From a virus: 64,000 nt of DNA. The position numbers and the translations under genes were made by a program. Location: IMG/VR virus record IMGVR_UViG_3300035698_014118, positions 14,190 through 78,189 of that record, one strand, 5' to 3'. How positions within the stretch are numbered: position 1 is the first letter of the stretch; every line of letters starts with the position of its first letter. The notes beneath the pieces were generated by a model. That model was not told where the DNA came from. It did not search any database and worked only from the letters and a program-made list of their open reading frames with translations. This document shows positions 60,091-64,000 of this stretch, in pieces.

Positions 60091-60422
60091 ATGAAAGAAG
60101 AATTGGACATTCCGAGTGGTCACTCTTTAGTCGATTGCGAAGTAGGATTAGGACAACTTTCTGTACATCATATTCTTCGTTCTCCTGAATCTTTCTCTTT
60201 TACTTATCAATGGATAGTATCACGTGATAACAGAATTGTCATGTATCTAAAAATATTAAATTTTACTATGATGATCAAACATGGGCAATTTTTGATGCAG
60301 ATGAATCATATATCGAATCAATAAAAATGCGTAGACCACATATTAATGATGCATTAACGAATGAGAGAACTATATATCTTCTAAATAAGAAGTGGTTTAT
60401 GTGGGTGAATATATTAGTATAA
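60091..60422 (+). pseudogene. frameshifted W-tag protein (family B)
   Basis: Frame shifts near 60250; the second frame ends WFMWVNILV. Confidence 0.5.
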
Positions 60423-60673
60423 TGAAATTTATACGTTCACATGACGTTTTTGATCTGTACCTTTCTTCCGATCATTGGATTGTAAATAGAGATGGTGATT
60501 TGGAAGCATATATATATTTTAACATAACAAAGAAAAAGTATGAGTGTGATATTCGTAAAGAAACAGTTAATGATTCTTGGAATTATTTAGAAGATTGTTT
60601 CTTCGAATGCTGTGAAATAATAGAAGAAATGTATCCTAGTATGTGGATAGAATGGCAAGATATCACGGAATAA
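60422..60673 (+). CDS. W-tag protein, family B
   Basis: Ends IEWQDITE. Confidence 0.6.
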   Translation: MKFIRSHDVFDLYLSSDHWIVNRDGDLEAYIYFNITKKKYECDIRKETVNDSWNYLEDCFFECCEIIEEMYPSMWIEWQDITE

Positions 60674-60915
60674 AAGAAAAGTTTGGGTTTGAAATACATG
60701 GAAGATTCTGCGATAATTCTTGCCAAGTAATTTATAACTCAGAAATTAAATCTTATATAGATTACGCTAATTCTATAGGTTATGTTTTTACTCCTAGTGA
60801 GAATTATTTCAACGAACATGGACCTTATGTTAGTATTCAAGATGCTTACGATGCATGTTGTGAATATTTGATGGAAAGAGACCGAGGTTTCTATTGGCAA
60901 CCAATAACAGTATAG
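60643..60915 (+). CDS. W-tag protein, family B
   Basis: AYDACC; ends FYWQPITV. Confidence 0.6.
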   Translation: MDRMARYHGIKEKFGFEIHGRFCDNSCQVIYNSEIKSYIDYANSIGYVFTPSENYFNEHGPYVSIQDAYDACCEYLMERDRGFYWQPITV

Positions 60916-60926
60916 ACTGGCCGTCG

Positions 60927-61193
60927 ATGAGTTGGTGCGGCAAAAAAGGCGATCTAGTTCTTTACCATAAAGGAACTAGCCGGTGGATAGTGGAATATCA
61001 TGATTGCAAAATGGGTTCGGTTTATGGGGACATGTTTAGCGGAGATTATTATTTTTCAGTAGATGGACTCTATAGCGAACCATCGCTTAAATTTGAAACT
61101 TTAAACGATGCTTTTGAAGCATGTTGTTTTCAAATAGATCATGAAGTACTCAATGAGCCACATTTGTTTTGGTGGCATCATATGGAGATATAA
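60927..61193 (+). CDS. W-tag protein, family B
   Basis: AFEACC; ends FWWHHMEI. Confidence 0.6.
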   Translation: MSWCGKKGDLVLYHKGTSRWIVEYHDCKMGSVYGDMFSGDYYFSVDGLYSEPSLKFETLNDAFEACCFQIDHEVLNEPHLFWWHHMEI

Positions 61194-61196
61194 TGA

Positions 61197-61469
61197 ATGA
61201 CTTTTCTTTATTCTAGATATGGTTATAGCCTTTATAAAAAAGATAATATCTGGATTGTTTCTGATAAACCAGATATTATTTATCTAACGGATTTGGCATT
61301 TATACACTATGGTGCGATCACGTTTGACAAATATAACAAACTTTACTATTATGCTTCGTATGGTAAATCTAGAGAAGAAGGGTTTCATTCATTAAATGGA
61401 GCTTTTCTAGGATGTTGCCTATATTTGTCTGGGCAAGAAGCATTTGGATGGCAAAACATGGAGATATAA
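61197..61469 (+). CDS. W-tag protein, family B
   Basis: AFLGCC; ends FGWQNMEI. Confidence 0.6.
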   Translation: MTFLYSRYGYSLYKKDNIWIVSDKPDIIYLTDLAFIHYGAITFDKYNKLYYYASYGKSREEGFHSLNGAFLGCCLYLSGQEAFGWQNMEI

Positions 61470-61604
61470 CATGTATTGGATAGAGAGAACAATCGGATAT
61501 GGCTTTTGGGTAAAGGAAAGTCATTGGTGTCATATATCAATCAAATATGTAATTTCGTTATGGTTGAGAGGAAGTAAAGTAAAGCTTGCAAAATGGTAGA
61601 ATGT

Positions 61605-61677
61605 GTTCCCTAAGCATTGATTAGTGATGTCTCGTTTTGTAAGCGAGGGTAAGTCGGTGCAAATCCGACAGGGAACT
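61605..61677 (+). tRNA. tRNA-Thr(TGT), atypical
   Basis: GTTCCCT/AGGGAAC; CTCGT-TTTGTAA-GCGAG. Confidence 0.7.
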
Positions 61678-61681
61678 TATC

Positions 61682-61755
61682 GCCTGCGTAGCTCAATCTG
61701 GTAGAGCGCCACTCCTGTAAAGTGGATGTTGTGGGTTCGATTCCCTCCGTAGGCT
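61682..61755 (+). tRNA. tRNA-Thr(TGT) (C33 variant)
   Basis: CCACT-CCTGTAA-AGTGG. Confidence 0.7.
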
Positions 61756-61759
61756 TGTA

Positions 61760-61832
61760 GCCGCCGAAGTTCATATGGGTGAACGCCTCATTGGTAATGA
61801 GGAGGAAGTGGGTCCGATTCCCACCGGTGGCT
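61760..61832 (+). tRNA. tRNA-Thr(GGT)
   Basis: CCTCA-TTGGTAA-TGAGG. Confidence 0.85.
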
Positions 61833-61834
61833 TT

Positions 61835-62128
61835 ATGTCAGAAAACTATGAAAATGAAAATCAAGTATGTATATCTAGCGTAGGAAACTATCATTTATTT
61901 TTTGACTCAGATTACGACAAATGGACAGTTTCTTACAGATACAAGACTATTTATACTATTAGAATAAGCGAGAAACAGGGATGTAAAGAAGGCGGGTATG
62001 ATCTTTATGGTTCAGGAGCATCGGAGTGGTATGGCGACAGTTACTTTGGGTTGCTAGGTATTTTTGCTATATGTATACACAAATACGAGAAAAACACATT
62101 ACTCTCATGGCAAGAGATGACAGTATAG
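61835..62128 (+). CDS. W-tag protein, family B
   Basis: Ends LSWQEMTV. Confidence 0.6.
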   Translation: MSENYENENQVCISSVGNYHLFFDSDYDKWTVSYRYKTIYTIRISEKQGCKEGGYDLYGSGASEWYGDSYFGLLGIFAICIHKYEKNTLLSWQEMTV

Positions 62129-62137
62129 GAGTATATC

Positions 62138-62377
62138 ATGGCTGGAACAAAACCAATTAATCCTAGAAGAGTATTTGAGAAGTTAATGGAAAAAGCTGCA
62201 TTCCGACGTATTGTAGCTGCTCCTGACGATATGATTGTTCGCAGATGTCTTAAAGAAGGAACACCAATACCTGAAAGATGTTTGCCGGGAAGATTACTTA
62301 ACTCGCTTACAGAGGAAGAACGAGAAGCATTAAAGAAGTTGACTTCTGATATGGTTGGGAATTACAGAATAGATTAG
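62138..62377 (+). CDS. hypothetical protein
   Basis: RBS AGGAG. Confidence 0.55.
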   Translation: MAGTKPINPRRVFEKLMEKAAFRRIVAAPDDMIVRRCLKEGTPIPERCLPGRLLNSLTEEEREALKKLTSDMVGNYRID

Positions 62378-62379
62378 TA

Positions 62380-62721
62380 ATGAAAATTCATAAAGATTAC
62401 ATGAAAAGATGTGGTATTACTAAAAGTGGAGCAATTCTATATTTTTTAAAACCCTATAAATGGCTTTGGTTTTATAAAACCGGTTCACAGTCTGCGATAG
62501 CTACTGTTAGCCCTGGAAAAGGAACGTTTGGATTTGATTTTTGGGAATTCAAATTTAAAAACCCTAAAAAACCTGATTGGGTTTATCAGAATCCTCGCAT
62601 AAATAGTGGAAATCTGTTTTCTGTCTTTCGTTGTTTGACTGACTTTGCTGCTTTAGGTGTTCCTATTCATGTTTTTGAAAACGAAATATTAGATTTTTAT
62701 TGGGAAGAGATGTTTGTATAA
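62380..62721 (+). CDS. W-tag protein
   Basis: Ends FYWEEMFV. Confidence 0.6.
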   Translation: MKIHKDYMKRCGITKSGAILYFLKPYKWLWFYKTGSQSAIATVSPGKGTFGFDFWEFKFKNPKKPDWVYQNPRINSGNLFSVFRCLTDFAALGVPIHVFENEILDFYWEEMFV

Positions 62722-62801
62722 GGAAGATTTGGGCATTGGCAGGCCCACTCGTTTCGAAAGCGAGCGCCTACGGGCTTATAGGTTCGATTCCTATCCTTGC
62801 A
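62722..62801 (+). pseudogene. tRNA-Ser(CGA) with a broken acceptor stem
   Basis: CTCGT-TTCGAAA-GCGAG and a T arm are present; the 3' acceptor strand does not pair. Confidence 0.55.
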
Positions 62802-62807
62802 AATCCA

Positions 62808-62829
62808 CGGGATGTAGCTCAGTTTGGTT
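62808..62829 (+). pseudogene. 5' remnant of tRNA-Pro
   Basis: CGGGATGTAGCTCAGTTTGGTT. Confidence 0.7.
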
Positions 62830-62890
62830 CTGGGATATGAAGAAGGAGTTCAAACTTCTATATCGAATGTAAGTCATAAAGGAGATACTT

Positions 62891-63250
62891 ATGGCTTACA
62901 CAGATAAGAATAAAAAACTAGCTTATGATAGAGAATACTATCGTAAACATAAAAGTAAAATAAATAGTAGACGTTATAAACGAATACGAATTAGTAGAAA
63001 GATATTCAAAGAAGAAATAAATACTCTAAAGGCAAAGCAAGGTTGTAAACTTTGCGATGAAAATCATCCATCTTGTTTGGTGTTTCATCACAAAAATGAT
63101 GACAAAATAGCAAATGTAGCTGATGCCATTCATTTGTCATGGTCAAGAGAAAGAGTTTTTAAAGAGATTAATAAATGTGATATTCTTTGTTCGAATTGTC
63201 ATATGAAATTGCATTGGAAGTTAACACGGGGCGTGGCGCAATTTGGCTAG
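62891..63250 (+). CDS. HNH homing endonuclease
   Basis: CKLCDENHPSCLVFHH..EINKCDILCSNCH; stop lies in the D-arm of the next tRNA. Confidence 0.8.
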   Translation: MAYTDKNKKLAYDREYYRKHKSKINSRRYKRIRISRKIFKEEINTLKAKQGCKLCDENHPSCLVFHHKNDDKIANVADAIHLSWSRERVFKEINKCDILCSNCHMKLHWKLTRGVAQFG

Positions 63251-63301
63251 CGTGCTTGTCTGGGGGACAAGAGGTTGCAGGTTCAAATCCTGTCGCCCCG
63301 A
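63227..63301 (+). tRNA. tRNA-Pro(GGG)
   Basis: CTTGT-CTGGGGG-ACAAG. Confidence 0.88.
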
Positions 63302-63321
63302 GTTAAATACGGAGAATAATT

Positions 63322-63519
63322 ATGATCGAATTTGGAAAACCAAATCTTACGCCTGGTGGAAAAAAAGGGCCGACAAAGAAGGGCCTGCTGAAGGCGAATG
63401 GCGATGCAGCCGTGCTTCGTAGTCTCCAGAAGCGAATCCAAGAACGGAAGCAAGCGGAGAAGGACCGGCTGCGGAGTCGTGGATTTATAGATCATAAAGA
63501 GTTGCGTCTTACGTATTGA
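63322..63519 (+). CDS. small basic hypothetical protein
   Basis: RBS GGAG. Confidence 0.5.
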   Translation: MIEFGKPNLTPGGKKGPTKKGLLKANGDAAVLRSLQKRIQERKQAEKDRLRSRGFIDHKELRLTY

Positions 63520-63543
63520 TTACTCGTTCTCATCCCGATTCAT

Positions 63544-63821
63544 TCCGCTGTAGTGTGAATAGCCGAAAGTTATTATGCATAGCGAAATGGCAAAGAAGGC
63601 TTATTTGAAAATCCTATAAAAGCTGTAAAGTAACATTCGCGAGAAGCTATAAAAACCTTGAACTAAGGGAAGGGCTTAGACAGGTTTTGCAGTAAGTAAG
63701 AAGAGAGTACGAGTAAGAAATACTTGTCTCAGTAATTATGTTGAAAGCTAAAGGCAGGTAGCACGCCGAAAGCTAACGCGAATTCAAAACGGTAGTCTGG
63801 GTTCGATTCCCAGTAGCGGAG
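63544..63821 (+). ncRNA. 278-nt tRNA-like RNA with a ~200-nt D-loop insertion
   Basis: TCCGCTG/TAGCGGA acceptor; D stem GTGT/GCAC; T arm CTGGG-TTCGATT-CCCAG. Confidence 0.6.
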
Positions 63822-63851
63822 TTTGTTGTTTACTTTTATAGGAGTAGTAAG

Positions 63852-64000
63852 ATGCCAAGATTTGACAAGACAGGACCAGAGGGCAAAGGCCCAAAGACTG
63901 GAAGAGGCGAAGGAGATTGTTCAGATAGTATGGCTGATAAGAAAAAACGTCAAGAAGATACGCTTGATGATCTAGGTGTAGGTCGTGGTGGTCGCGGTCG
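63852..64000 (+). CDS. DUF5320-like protein (truncated by the window end)
   Basis: MPRFDKTGPEGKGPKTGRGEGDC; RBS AGGAG. Confidence 0.65.
   Translation, partial: MPRFDKTGPEGKGPKTGRGEGDCSDSMADKKKRQEDTLDDLGVGRGGRG

Noticed and set aside
48389-62721. CRISPR array or diversity-generating retroelement explaining the repeated unit ends
   Set aside because: The units are open reading frames with protein-level rather than identical DNA repeats. No cas or reverse transcriptase gene and no TR/VR pair is visible.
63544-63821. tmRNA
   Set aside because: It lacks the Ala identity (G3-U70, GGGG start, ACCA end), has a D stem, and shows no evident tag reading frame.

Overview
AT-rich, gene-dense fragment of a large (jumbo-type) tailed dsDNA phage in the standard genetic code, with almost all genes on the + strand. 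A FliA/WhiG-type sigma factor and a DUF1559-style pseudopilin point to a Planctomycetota/PVC host (inference). Layout: 1-18 kb holds a SNF2 helicase, lysozyme, pncB, the sigma factor, intein-containing NrdJ, dUTPase and a beta-helix protein. 18-42 kb is the head module: TerL, many K-x-A-motif proteins, a portal fused to a Vsr/DUF559 nuclease, a 2010-aa protease/scaffold, a decoration protein and an HK97-type MCP. 43-64 kb is a tRNA array interleaved with a ~1 kb structured RNA (GOLLD-like), expanded tRNA-like RNAs, homing endonucleases that disrupt and replace tRNAs, a split-intein UDP-glucose dehydrogenase and about 31 mini-genes. The main candidate for a new system is this mini-gene array. 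All members end in the same C-terminal tag, [FL]-x-W-x-x-[MI]-x-x-stop. Many carry recognisable fragments of essential phage proteins: this phage's own capsid, T4-type capsid, terminase, portal and helicase. This suggests a library of tagged decoy or dominant-negative peptides. A second unusual item is a LAGLIDADG-like gene that splits a tRNA-Leu and carries a complete replacement tRNA-Leu in frame inside its own coding sequence. All family assignments come from motif recognition by eye; no searches were run.
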